A DNA stretch of 64,000 bases from an uncultured Bdellovibrionales bacterium. GTDB lineage: Bacteria > Patescibacteriota > Minisyncoccia > Moranbacterales > UBA1568. This document shows positions 1-8,665 of this stretch, one piece after another. The position numbers and the translations under genes were made by a program. The notes under the pieces were generated by a model. The model saw only the letters and a list, made by a program, of their open reading frames with translations, was not told the DNA's origin and did not search any database. The stretch lies in the NCBI GenBank assembly GCA_964384235.1, contig CAYLJX010000001.1, forward strand, positions 22,792 through 86,791, given 5' to 3'. Numbering within the stretch: position 1 is the stretch's first letter; every line of letters starts with the position of its first letter.

Positions 1-341
1 ATGAATCCGCTCTCATCAGCCTGATCGCACTGGTCGCTTCCCATGAATTCAAGTTCCCCGATCGGCTCAATACCGAAATGACGGAGAAGATCCAGGTAGT
101 TGTCATTCGACGGGTCTTCTTCGTCGGCGCTTGGTTGGAACGTGACCGCGTCTTTCTTGAAACGGGGCTCGAACGTCACGCCTCTTGTCATGTGGAGATA
201 TGCGCCGAGTCCGTTCAGAATGAATGCACGGTGGTGCCGATTGAGCAGGGTCGCGAAGTGCAGGTGTACTGACGCCGGGCCAGGTTCTTCGCCCCGACGC
301 GTCACGAGAAATACGTGACGTACAGCGGGCAGGGTAGACAT
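1..341 (-). CDS. hypothetical protein, N-terminal part only (gene runs off window start)
   Basis: Reverse-strand ATG at 341-339 opens a stop-free frame to position 1 (MSTLPAVRHVFLVTRRGEEPGP...). Not in the ORF track because it is truncated. No recognisable motif. Confidence 0.35.
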   Translation of the reverse strand, partial: MSTLPAVRHVFLVTRRGEEPGPASVHLHFATLLNRHHRAFILNGLGAYLHMTRGVTFEPRFKKDAVTFQPSADEEDPSNDNYLDLLRHFGIEPIGELEFMGSDQCDQADESGF

Positions 342-460
342 GGATCTCTCCTAAGTTGGGTTGACCGGGTTCTTGCTGTTTTGCTGTTAAAGGGCGATGC
401 CACTATAAATGGAAAAACCACTTTTGTCAATGGCGTCTGAAAGCTGTTTTTTCGACAACG

Positions 461-1348
461 ATGCTCTTCTTTGCTACCATAAGCCATAATCGTATGGATA
501 CTTTGCATTCGTCACCCTCTCCTCTTTGCTACGCGAACGGATCATATCTGTCGCGAGACGAGATCCGGCTTGATCCGTATGATCTCGGCTTTCTGCGCGG
601 GTATGTGATTTTTGATGTGATGCCGGTGGAGAACGGCAAGCCCTTCCTCTGGGAGCGGCACTTCAGGCGTCTGGAGGATTCGGCGCGGGCGCTCCATATG
701 GAACTTCCGGTCTCGGCAGAGGAATACCAGGAGATACTGACGAAGCTTGTCGGAGAGAATCCGTTCGAGGAAACTTCCCTTCGGACCGTTTTTTCCGGTG
801 GGCCGAGCGAGAACGGCTTCACGCCGACCCCGGGCAACGAGACCTTTCTCGTCCTGGTCGAGGCATTGCACTGTCCGAAAGCGGAAACGTACATGAACGG
901 GGTGAAGACTATCACGCTCCACTACGAGCGCCCCATCCCGCAGGTCAAGCTCGGCAATCACGCGCTCGCCATCCGTGACCTGCCGCGTCGCCAGGCCGAG
1001 GGCGCCTTTGAGACGATCTATGTGAACGGCGGTACGGTCTCGGAAGCCTCACAGAGCAATCTCTTCATCGTGAAGGACGACACGCTCATCACGACCTGGG
1101 ACAACGTGCTCTGGGGGATCACGCAGGGACTCGTCCTCGAGCTCGCCGAGGGTCTCGGGGTACGGACGGAAAAAAGAGCGATGACGACAGAGGAACTTTT
1201 TTCAGCTGATGAGGTCTTTATCACCGGTTCGAGCAAGCGCATCGTCCCGGTGGTTCAGATCGACGAGACCATCATCGGCGACGGCCACCCAGGCGAGACG
1301 ACCAAACACCTCATACAGGCGTTTGATGAATACGTGAAGGAATATTAA
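461..1348 (+). CDS. class IV PLP-dependent aminotransferase (branched-chain / D-amino acid aminotransferase or aminodeoxychorismate lyase family)
   Basis: 295-aa ORF. Segments such as LDPYDLGFLRGYVIFDVMPVENGKP and FITGSSKRIVPVVQID are typical of the IlvE/Dat/PabC fold. The real start may be the ATG at 494 (MDTLHS...). Confidence 0.7.
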   Translation: MLFFATISHNRMDTLHSSPSPLCYANGSYLSRDEIRLDPYDLGFLRGYVIFDVMPVENGKPFLWERHFRRLEDSARALHMELPVSAEEYQEILTKLVGENPFEETSLRTVFSGGPSENGFTPTPGNETFLVLVEALHCPKAETYMNGVKTITLHYERPIPQVKLGNHALAIRDLPRRQAEGAFETIYVNGGTVSEASQSNLFIVKDDTLITTWDNVLWGITQGLVLELAEGLGVRTEKRAMTTEELFSADEVFITGSSKRIVPVVQIDETIIGDGHPGETTKHLIQAFDEYVKEY

Positions 1349-1511
1349 AAATAACGGGTATTTACCGCGGGGCAAGCCCCGCTCCCGATCCCCACGCGGC
1401 AAGCCGCGGGGTATCGACCCGATTTTACCTGCGCTTCGCTCGGAAACGAGAGTACACTTTCGTTTCGCTCGCTACGCTTGGTAATGACGCCATGAAGGTA
1501 TCATTTTGCTT

Positions 1512-1601
1512 TGGCGGAGGCGGAAGGATTCGAACCTTCGAGACCGTTTCCGGCCTAACAGTTTTCAAGACTGTCTGTTTCAACCACTCACACACGCCTC
1601 C
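1512..1601 (-). tRNA. tRNA-Ser (anticodon TGA), class II with long variable arm, CCA encoded
   Basis: Reverse complement folds as acceptor GGAGGCG/CGCCTCC, anticodon stem ACAGT/ACTGT with loop CTTGAAA (TGA), long variable arm, T-arm GAAGG-TTCGAAT-CCTTC, then GCCA. Confidence 0.85.
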
Positions 1602-1770
1602 ATATTTATCAGCTATCGCTGATACAAAAAACTGATGTCCTCGTGCTTCCGGGGTTTCCATCGAAACCCGCCCAGTACTCGCTTGCTCGTACCGGGCCCA
1701 CTCACACACGCCTCCATTCACCCCATCCTAACAAGAGGTTTGTCATTTGTGAAGTGATGGAATATACTTT

Positions 1771-2364
1771 TTGAAAGGAGATTCTTCGTCTTTTTGTTTG
1801 CTTATGGAATTCAGGCCACGCTATCAGAACGCCTTTCGGGAACATCGTCCCGAGTCCGAGAATGAGTCTATGGGGCACGAGCACCACCTCAACCCCGCCT
1901 ACGGCGAGATCTTGCTCCACTGGCAGGAACCGGAGCACGACCCCCTGGAGCTCGGGCCCCGTTCCCGGGTTGGTGTAACTATCGCCCTCATCCTTATCGT
2001 CGCCTATGCCCTCTATACCGACAGCCCGCTCATGGCGATCACCTTCATCCTGATCGGGGTCATTGGGTACCTCTCGCTTCATCACGAGCCAAGAGTCCTC
2101 GACTATTTCGTCACCTCCAAGGGAATCGTGGCCGGCGACCAGTTCTATGAGTACGACAGCCTGCAGTCATTCTGGATCTATACCGAACCGCCGCTCGAGA
2201 ACGTCTTGAGCCTGCAGACGGACGGTATGCTCGTCCCGTACGTCCATATCCCCGTCATGACCGTCAATATCCATACCCTGGCCGACACGCTCTCACAGTT
2301 CATGTCGGAAGAGCGGCACGAGCCGGGACTGGTTGACACATTGGAGAGATTGCTGCATATTTAA
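1771..2364 (+). CDS. hypothetical membrane protein
   Basis: 197-aa ORF with two hydrophobic helices (VGVTIALILIVAYALY, ITFILIGVIGYLSL). Possible later start at MEFRPRY. No family assignable by eye. Confidence 0.45.
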   Translation: MKGDSSSFCLLMEFRPRYQNAFREHRPESENESMGHEHHLNPAYGEILLHWQEPEHDPLELGPRSRVGVTIALILIVAYALYTDSPLMAITFILIGVIGYLSLHHEPRVLDYFVTSKGIVAGDQFYEYDSLQSFWIYTEPPLENVLSLQTDGMLVPYVHIPVMTVNIHTLADTLSQFMSEERHEPGLVDTLERLLHI

Positions 2365-2421
2365 TACTGCTCTTCGCTTCCAGAAAACCGCATAGTGAAG
2401 AGCTTTGTTTTTGTGATACAA

Positions 2422-2494
2422 GCGCCCGTAGCTCAGTGGATAGAGCGTCTGGTTGCGGTCCAGAAGGTCGTAGGTTCGATTCCTGCCGGGCGCA
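2422..2494 (+). tRNA. tRNA-Arg, anticodon read as GCG (unusual)
   Basis: GCGCCCGTAGCTCAGTGGATAGAGCG-TCTGG-TTGCGGT-CCAGA-AGGTC-GTAGGTTCGATTCCTGC-CGGGCGC-A. Clean cloverleaf, resembles the bacterial tRNA-Arg(ACG) body, but position 34 is G. No CCA encoded. Confidence 0.7.
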
Positions 2495-2509
2495 CATCGA
2501 TCATCTCTT

Positions 2510-2581
2510 GTCCTCGTCGTATAACGGATAAGACACCTCCCTCCGAAGGAGGAAACGTAGGTTCGACTCCTACCGAGGACA
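2510..2581 (+). tRNA. tRNA-Arg (anticodon CCG)
   Basis: Acceptor GTCCTCG/CGAGGAC, anticodon stem CCTCC/GGAGG with loop CTCCGAA (CCG), T-arm GTAGG-TTCGACT-CCTAC. Sits 15 nt after the previous tRNA. Confidence 0.75.
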
Positions 2582-2620
2582 CAAACGAAGCGAGATATAC
2601 ACCGAGGGGAAAATGATCCT

Positions 2621-3892
2621 ATGCGGAAACTTTCCCGATATTGCTTTCTGGCGTTTCTTTTCCTGCTGCCGGTGCAGACGGTGTGGTTGTTGTCGGTGCC
2701 GATGGTTGGCGGTGAGGTATTCCAGTACGGGGTGATCGGACTGTACGAGACGGATCTCCTGCTTCTCGGGGCGGCAATGCTCGCGTTTTTGGAGAAGGGT
2801 AAGTGGAGAGAAATTTTTTGCAGAAGGGGAGCGACGGAAAGAATATTGTTCTTATTTTTTGCTTTCGCAGCGCTGTCGGTACTATGGGCGGATGATCGGT
2901 TGATCGCAGGGTTCTTCGTGTGGAAACTCGCACTCGCTACCTTAGCTTTCTTTCTCGCCCGTTCTCTTTCTCAATATGAAAGAAACCAAGCGGTCGTCGT
3001 CCTCCTGTCGGGAGCGGTGATCCAAAGCTTGCTTGCCTTGTGGCAGTTCCTTTCGCAGGGTACGTTTGCTTCGACGTTTCTTGGGATGAGCTTTTACGAC
3101 GCGTGGCAGCCGGGTGTGTCGGTGCTCAAGAACGAATTGGGGAGATGGCTTCGTGCCTACGGCAGTCTGCCGCACCCGAATATTCTCGGTGGATTTCTCG
3201 CAACGACGCTCGTTATCGGTATCGTGTATCGTGTATCAGGTATCAAGTATGAAGAGCGGATTCGGAAGATGTTTGTATCGATAGGGCTTGTTGTCATACT
3301 TTTTGGTCTTCTGCTCACGTTCTCGCGCTCGGCGTGGCTCGGGGCAGTGCTGGGTATAGCGGCGTTGTCTTTCTTCGTTTGGAGAAGCGGGGAGAAGAGG
3401 CTTCGGAAAAATCTTTTGGTACTTTTCGGCGTGCTCGGGGTCGCTTCGATAGCGTTTGTCTCCGTATTGCACGAGACCGTGTTTCCGCGGTTCGATCAGG
3501 CGACGATCGCCCGGGAAGGATCGGTGGTCGACCGGGCCGCGACTATGCGTGAAGGATGGACCGTCATACGGGAGCATCCGCTCATCGGTGTCGGTGTGGG
3601 CAATTATCCACAGGCGCTGCTTGACGCCTTTCCGGAGCGGCCGACGTGGAGTATCCAACCGATACACAAGGTGCCGCTTTTGATCTGGGCGGAGCTCGGC
3701 CTTGTCGGCGTGATACTATTTGTCGCCTTCATGGTTTCAACGGTCCGAAAGGACATCTCTGTCGTCGGGCTCTTGGCGCTTGTCCCCGCTCTCTTGCTCG
3801 ATCACTATCTCTGGACGTCGCATTTCGGACTTTTATTCCTTTTTGTCCTCTTGGGACTTGTGTCTCGTCGTGACGAGGAGAAGAGGGTATAA
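2621..3892 (+). CDS. O-antigen ligase (Wzy_C/WaaL) family membrane protein
   Basis: 423 aa, about 10-12 TM helices and a periplasmic loop with SRSAWLG...HNxxL-type signature (TFSRSAWLGAVLGIAALSFFVW; GVGVGNYPQAL). Confidence 0.6.
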   Translation: MRKLSRYCFLAFLFLLPVQTVWLLSVPMVGGEVFQYGVIGLYETDLLLLGAAMLAFLEKGKWREIFCRRGATERILFLFFAFAALSVLWADDRLIAGFFVWKLALATLAFFLARSLSQYERNQAVVVLLSGAVIQSLLALWQFLSQGTFASTFLGMSFYDAWQPGVSVLKNELGRWLRAYGSLPHPNILGGFLATTLVIGIVYRVSGIKYEERIRKMFVSIGLVVILFGLLLTFSRSAWLGAVLGIAALSFFVWRSGEKRLRKNLLVLFGVLGVASIAFVSVLHETVFPRFDQATIAREGSVVDRAATMREGWTVIREHPLIGVGVGNYPQALLDAFPERPTWSIQPIHKVPLLIWAELGLVGVILFVAFMVSTVRKDISVVGLLALVPALLLDHYLWTSHFGLLFLFVLLGLVSRRDEEKRV

Positions 3893-3913
3893 TGGAGAAG
3901 AAAAACAAACACA

Positions 3914-4852
3914 ATGGCGCATTACCTCTCCCACCGGGCGCATGACTCTTATATCAACGTGCTTCTCCTGGCGCTCGCACTCGGTTTTTTGTTTCCTTCA
4001 GTTTTTACACCACTCTCCGCTTACGCGTCGTTTCTCCTGCAGTCGATCTTTTTCCTGAGCAGTCTCAAGATCGACTTGCGAAGCGTTTCCACGGAGCTTC
4101 GTGATTGGAAAGCCGTGACGCTCGTCACGTTTTTCATGCTCCTTCTCTTACCGGCGGCGACTTACGTGCTGTTCCGACCGCTTTTTCCCGATCTCGCGCT
4201 CCCGTTTCTCCTGCTTGCCGCTATGCCGGCAGGGATGACGTCGCCGTTGTTTGCCGAGATGCTCAGGGGCAATGTGTCGCTCGCACTGGTTCTCACGGTG
4301 TTTACGTCGCTCTTCGCACCGTTCACGATTCCCTTCGTGGTGACGGTGTTCGGAGGCGAGACGGTGACGCTCGATACGTTGTCCATGTTCTCGACACTCT
4401 TCAGCGTCATCTTCCTGCCGTTCGTCTTGGCACAGGGGGTGCGGATTTTCGTCGGTCAGGAGCGGATCGGCAAGGCGAAGAAGGGTCTCGCGGTTTCTTC
4501 TGTAGTGCTGGTCTGTCTCCTCCTTGCTTCGATCACGGCCAAGTACAGCGACTCGATGATCGGGAGGTTCCATGCGGATGCCATAGTACAGCTTCTTGGA
4601 ATGTTCTTTTTCTTCGCGTTGGTGCACGTCGCGGCGTACCTGCTCGTCTGGTGGCGAAACGTCCGGGACCGGCTGACCGTCACGCTCTGCATCGTCTACA
4701 TGAACTTCACGCTTGCGATCTTCATCGCACAGGAGTTTTTCCCCGATCCGGATGTCGTGTTTTTCACTATGCTCTCCATCATCCCGTGGAATATCGGCAT
4801 CATCCTCTTCCGTTCGGTGAGCGAGCGATGGCTGAGAAAAGGGGAGGTTTGA
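3914..4852 (+). CDS. bile acid:sodium symporter (BASS/SBF) family transporter
   Basis: 312-aa polytopic membrane protein. AAMPAGMTSPLFAEMLRGNVSLALVLTVFTSL matches the BASS core motif (xPGGxxSN...GNxxLS). Confidence 0.5.
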   Translation: MAHYLSHRAHDSYINVLLLALALGFLFPSVFTPLSAYASFLLQSIFFLSSLKIDLRSVSTELRDWKAVTLVTFFMLLLLPAATYVLFRPLFPDLALPFLLLAAMPAGMTSPLFAEMLRGNVSLALVLTVFTSLFAPFTIPFVVTVFGGETVTLDTLSMFSTLFSVIFLPFVLAQGVRIFVGQERIGKAKKGLAVSSVVLVCLLLASITAKYSDSMIGRFHADAIVQLLGMFFFFALVHVAAYLLVWWRNVRDRLTVTLCIVYMNFTLAIFIAQEFFPDPDVVFFTMLSIIPWNIGIILFRSVSERWLRKGEV

Positions 4853-4906
4853 GTTTTTCAGGGAAGAGATGTAGAATGATGGACTGTTCTCTTTCGTATT
4901 TTTCCT

Positions 4907-5833
4907 ATGGCCAAAGCACTCAGCATCAAAGATCTCCGGAAAACCTACCAGAACGGCGTGCACGCCCTCAAGGGGGTGAGTCTCGATGTGGAGCAGGGTG
5001 ATTTCTATGCGCTCCTCGGTCCCAATGGAGCGGGCAAGAGCACCCTCATCAATATCATCGTGGGTCTCGTCAACAAGACCGGGGGCATGGTGGAAATAGC
5101 GGGCCTCTCTATCGATGACGACTACCAGAAGGCCAAGATGCATGTCGGCATCGTTCCGCAGGAATTCAACTTCGGTATCTTCGACAAGGTGCTTGACATC
5201 GTGCTCGACCAAGCGGGGTACTATGGCATCCCGCGAAGAGAGGCATTGCCCCGGGCCAACGAACTCCTCCGACAGCTCGGACTCTACGACAAGCGAAACG
5301 ACCAGTCACGGATGCTCTCCGGCGGTATGAAGCGCCGCCTCATGATCGCGCGGGCCCTGGTACACCGGCCCAGGCTCCTCATCCTCGACGAACCGACAGC
5401 GGGCGTGGATATTGAACTTCGCCGCGGCATGTGGGACTTTCTCACCGAGCTCAACAGGCAGGGGACGACCATCATCCTCACGACGCACTACCTGGAGGAA
5501 GCCGAGCAGCTCTGCAAGCACATCTCCATCATCAACCAGGGCGAGATCGTCGCGCAGGGTGAGATCAAGAAACTTCTCTCGGAGATGGACGAGGAGACGT
5601 TCGTGTTTCATCTCGCGGCCGCCGTCCCGGAAGAGGCGCTCCCGCCACTCGCACCGTTTTCACCGGTCGTCACGGACCATCAGTTGGAACTCACCATCTC
5701 GCGTGAACACGACATCAACGCGGCTTTCGAGAAGCTTAATGCCCTCGGAATCCGGGCCCTCTCGATGCGCAACAAGACCAACCGTCTGGAAGAATTTTTT
5801 GTCCAGAAGATCAAAGAAAGCAAAAGCGTATGA
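4907..5833 (+). CDS. ABC transporter ATP-binding protein
   Basis: Walker A GPNGAGKST, ABC signature LSGGMKRR, Walker B LLILDEPT, H-loop. Confidence 0.9.
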   Translation: MAKALSIKDLRKTYQNGVHALKGVSLDVEQGDFYALLGPNGAGKSTLINIIVGLVNKTGGMVEIAGLSIDDDYQKAKMHVGIVPQEFNFGIFDKVLDIVLDQAGYYGIPRREALPRANELLRQLGLYDKRNDQSRMLSGGMKRRLMIARALVHRPRLLILDEPTAGVDIELRRGMWDFLTELNRQGTTIILTTHYLEEAEQLCKHISIINQGEIVAQGEIKKLLSEMDEETFVFHLAAAVPEEALPPLAPFSPVVTDHQLELTISREHDINAAFEKLNALGIRALSMRNKTNRLEEFFVQKIKESKSV

Positions 5834-6603
5834 ATTTTGAACAGATGTGGGCTGCCTATATGACGATCGTACGGAAGGAATTCTTCCGCCTGTTCCGCGT
5901 GTGGATACAAACCCTTCTGCCGCCGGTGGTCACGACGGTGCTCTACTTCCTCGTCTTCGGCAAGTTCATCGGGTCGCAGGTGGCGCCGGTGGGCGGCGTG
6001 CCGTACATAGACTTCATCGTTCCGGGAGTCATCATGATCTCGGTCATCACCCAGTCGTTCATGCACTCGGCCTTCGGATACTATCTGGCCAAGTTCCAGC
6101 GGAACCTTGAGGAGATCCTTGTTTCCCCGACGCCGTACTCGGTGATGATCCTCGGGTATGTGACGGGCGGAGTGCTCCGCGGCCTCGTCACGGGCCTCCT
6201 TTTGCTTGTCGTCTCGCTCTTCTTCGTGCCGCTTGCCATCTCGCATGTCGTGCACCTCTTTCTCTTTATCTTCCTCTCCTCGGTGCTCTTCTCGCTTGCC
6301 GGTCTCATCAACGCCATCTTCGCCGGGGACTTCGATACCATCTCGATCTTCCCGACGTTCATCCTGACGCCGCTCACGTACCTTGCCGGGACGTTCTATT
6401 CCCTCTCGATGCTTCCGAAGTTCTGGAGCGATCTCTCGCTCTGGAACCCTATCCTCTACATGATCAATGGATTCCGGTACGGCCTCATCGGTGTCACGGA
6501 TGTGAATATCGGGACGGCCTATGGGATCCTTATCGCCTTCATCGCCGTGCTTGCCGGCACGGTCTGGTATCTCTTCTACACCGGCCGCGGCGTCCGAACG
6601 TAA
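5830..6603 (+). CDS. ABC-2 type transporter permease
   Basis: 257 aa with 6 TM helices. Start overlaps the upstream ATPase stop by 4 nt (coupled). ABC-2 permease topology. Confidence 0.8.
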   Translation: MNFEQMWAAYMTIVRKEFFRLFRVWIQTLLPPVVTTVLYFLVFGKFIGSQVAPVGGVPYIDFIVPGVIMISVITQSFMHSAFGYYLAKFQRNLEEILVSPTPYSVMILGYVTGGVLRGLVTGLLLLVVSLFFVPLAISHVVHLFLFIFLSSVLFSLAGLINAIFAGDFDTISIFPTFILTPLTYLAGTFYSLSMLPKFWSDLSLWNPILYMINGFRYGLIGVTDVNIGTAYGILIAFIAVLAGTVWYLFYTGRGVRT

Positions 6604-6698
6604 GGGGTGTATCTTGTATCCGGTATTTAGTATTTTGGTATCCAAAAATGATTCAAGGCAGCGGACGCGTATGCGTTGCTGCCTTGCAACCGAAAACT

Positions 6699-6989
6699 TC
6701 AGACAATCCTGATGACGAGCTCGCTTCCGTTAAGAGGAAACTCAGTCATGCTGTTTGAGAAGAGAATGACGGCACAATACCTGGGTTCACCATCCTCCCC
6801 AGCCAACGCAGGCATCTTTTGGAAAAGCGTCGGGAGCGTATTCCCCCCGAGATGTTCGACGAGAATGAACTTCTCCCCGATAGCAACGCGATGAGATTGC
6901 TCCACTATTCCATCTTGTATCGATAATTGCATGACAGTCTCCATGAGAAGCCGCTGAACGGCAAGGTTGAAGTAGTTTGGAACGAACAA
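6699..6989 (-). CDS. hypothetical small protein (doubtful)
   Basis: 96-aa ORF in a lower-GC gap between the ABC permease and msrA. Translation is protein-like (AIGEKFILVEHLGGNTLPTLF) but has no motif. Could be a gene fragment. Confidence 0.25.
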   Translation of the reverse strand: MFVPNYFNLAVQRLLMETVMQLSIQDGIVEQSHRVAIGEKFILVEHLGGNTLPTLFQKMPALAGEDGEPRYCAVILFSNSMTEFPLNGSELVIRIV

Positions 6990-7013
6990 TGAAACATACT
7001 AGCATAAAATCTT

Positions 7014-7532
7014 ATGGGTGTCAATGGTATGATGTGTAATCTAGGCTTTTCAGAAAAACTTCAAAAAGCTACTTTCGCAGCGGGGTGCTTCTGGGGTGTG
7101 GAAAGCGTCTTTCGGAAAGTGGAAGGCGTCATGGATGTGACGGTCGGCTATACGGGCGGGTATATGGAAGATCCCACGTATGAAGATGTCTGTACCGATA
7201 CGACGGGTCATGCCGAGGCGGTAGAGGTGACGTACGATCCGGACCAGGTGGGTTATGAGCGACTCCTCGAAGTTTTCTGGATGAATCATAATCCGACCAC
7301 ACCCAATCGTCAGGGATCGGATATCGGGACGCAGTATCGCTCCGTTATTTTCTATCACGACGAGGAGCAGAAAAGGCTTGCGGAAGCCTCGAAATACGAA
7401 CTGGATCAGTCCGGGAAATGGCCCCGGCCGATCGTGACGGAGATCATCCCGGCAGGGGAGTTTTACCCTGCGGAGGAGTACCACCAGCGGTATTTTGAGA
7501 AACAGGGTATCGAACCGACCTGCCACCTGTAA
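7014..7532 (+). CDS. msrA: peptide-methionine (S)-S-oxide reductase MsrA
   Basis: [12 protein letters not shown] catalytic motif and a downstream YHQxYxxK-like motif. 172 aa. Start may be 7029 or 7032. Confidence 0.9.
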   Translation: MGVNGMMCNLGFSEKLQKATFAAGCFWGVESVFRKVEGVMDVTVGYTGGYMEDPTYEDVCTDTTGHAEAVEVTYDPDQVGYERLLEVFWMNHNPTTPNRQGSDIGTQYRSVIFYHDEEQKRLAEASKYELDQSGKWPRPIVTEIIPAGEFYPAEEYHQRYFEKQGIEPTCHL

Positions 7533-7684
7533 AAACTTGCATTTTAAGGGGTTTTGTGCTACTTTGATGGTGATGTAAGTTTTTCTCTCTGGAGTTCCGC
7601 TGACAAGAAGGGTTGCCAAACTCGAATCGGTCATGCACCACGAGGTGAAGGTCGCCTTACAGGTAATCAAGAAACAGGTTCGAT

Positions 7685-8005
7685 ATGGCAACAAAATTGT
7701 ACGTCGGTGGCGTGTCTTACAACACGACCGAAGAGGGTCTCCAGGCCGCGTTCGCCCAGGCGGGTAACGTCGTGTCCGCGAAGATCATCATGGACAAGAT
7801 GACCGGTCGTTCCCGTGGTTTCGGATTCGTCGAGATGGCCACCGATGAGGAGGCTCAGAAGGCTATCGCCATGTGGCATGGCAAGGAACTCGACGGTCGG
7901 ACGCTCACGGTCAATGAGGCTCGCCCGCTCGAAGAGCGCGCTCCTCGTACCGGCGGCTACCGCGGCAACGATTTCGGCGGCAACCAGGGCGGCAACCGCT
8001 GGTAA
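7685..8005 (+). CDS. RNA-binding protein, RRM domain with Gly-rich C-terminal tail
   Basis: RNP2 LYVGGVSY and RNP1 RGFGFVEM motifs, followed by GGYRGNDFGGNQGGNRW. Confidence 0.85.
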   Translation: MATKLYVGGVSYNTTEEGLQAAFAQAGNVVSAKIIMDKMTGRSRGFGFVEMATDEEAQKAIAMWHGKELDGRTLTVNEARPLEERAPRTGGYRGNDFGGNQGGNRW

Positions 8006-8021
8006 GCTCCGAAACGAAAAC

Positions 8022-8060
8022 ACCTCGACTTTTGTCGGGGTGTTTTTGTTTTGGATTTGA
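8022..8060 (+). terminator. intrinsic terminator after the RRM gene
   Basis: ACACCTCGAC-tttt-GTCGGGGTGT hairpin followed by TTTTGTTTT. Confidence 0.5.
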
Positions 8061-8233
8061 CAGAAATGAAAAAGAGCTCCTCCTCGAGGTGTATAATGAA
8101 ACAAAGGAAAGAACGGGAAAAATGGGACAGTAGGTACTTTGACAACCTCGGTTGAGCCTGGTATTCGTAAGCGCTCAAGGTCGATCCGAAAAGTTTTTCG
8201 CATCCATTAATTTTTTTGCTTTTCATACGTTTT

Positions 8234-8602
8234 ATGGAAAAAAGTATCGTGACCATTCTCGGTATCGTTTTCTTGGCTATCGGAGTGTTGGGGTTTTTCA
8301 GTTCGCCGTACCTTCTCGGATTTTTCGAGGTCGATACGATGCATAACATCGTCCACCTCCTCTCCGGTGTGGTGGCGCTTGCGGCTGTCGGGATGGGTCT
8401 CGGGGCGGTACGCACCTATGCCAAGGTTTTCGGCGTGGTATATGGCGTGGTGGCGCTCGTCGGATTCTTCATGCCGGGCGACATGATTCTCGGACTCTTC
8501 GCGGCCAACACGGCTGATGACGTGCTGCACCTCGTCCTGGCCGTGGTATTCCTCTACGTCGGTTTCGGACCATCTTCGGAGTCCATGGAACCGGCAGTGT
8601 AA
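8234..8602 (+). CDS. DUF4383-like small membrane protein
   Basis: Four TM helices (ILGIVFLAIGVLGF; LLSGVVALAAV; VVYGVVALVGFF; HLVLAVVFLYVGF). An alternative start exists at 8216. Confidence 0.55.
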   Translation: MEKSIVTILGIVFLAIGVLGFFSSPYLLGFFEVDTMHNIVHLLSGVVALAAVGMGLGAVRTYAKVFGVVYGVVALVGFFMPGDMILGLFAANTADDVLHLVLAVVFLYVGFGPSSESMEPAV

Positions 8603-8611
8603 GTTTCTTCC

Positions 8612-8650
8612 AAAAAATCCCGCCCCTTGAGGGGAGCGGGATTTTTTTTC
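8612..8650. terminator. bidirectional intrinsic terminator between convergent genes
   Basis: CCCGCCCC-ttga-GGGGAGCGGG hairpin flanked by an A-run on the left and a T-run on the right, so it is functional for both strands. Confidence 0.7.
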
Positions 8651-8665
8651 TTTGCTTGTCCGGAT

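Noticed and set aside
1626-1715. Possible second tRNA upstream of tRNA-Ser(TGA)
   Set aside because: It shares the tRNA 5' 18 nt but has no complementary 3' acceptor strand or T-loop. Treated as a fragment or duplication instead.
2395-2616. 73-aa ORF
   Set aside because: Entirely overlaps two well-folded tRNA-Arg genes.
4148-5212. 354-aa minus-strand ORF (and 5680..6645, 321 aa) overlapping the ABC transporter genes
   Set aside because: Translations are Arg/Glu/Asp/His-rich low-complexity strings, typical of stop-poor antisense frames in GC-rich coding DNA. The sense-strand genes have clear Walker/ABC motifs.
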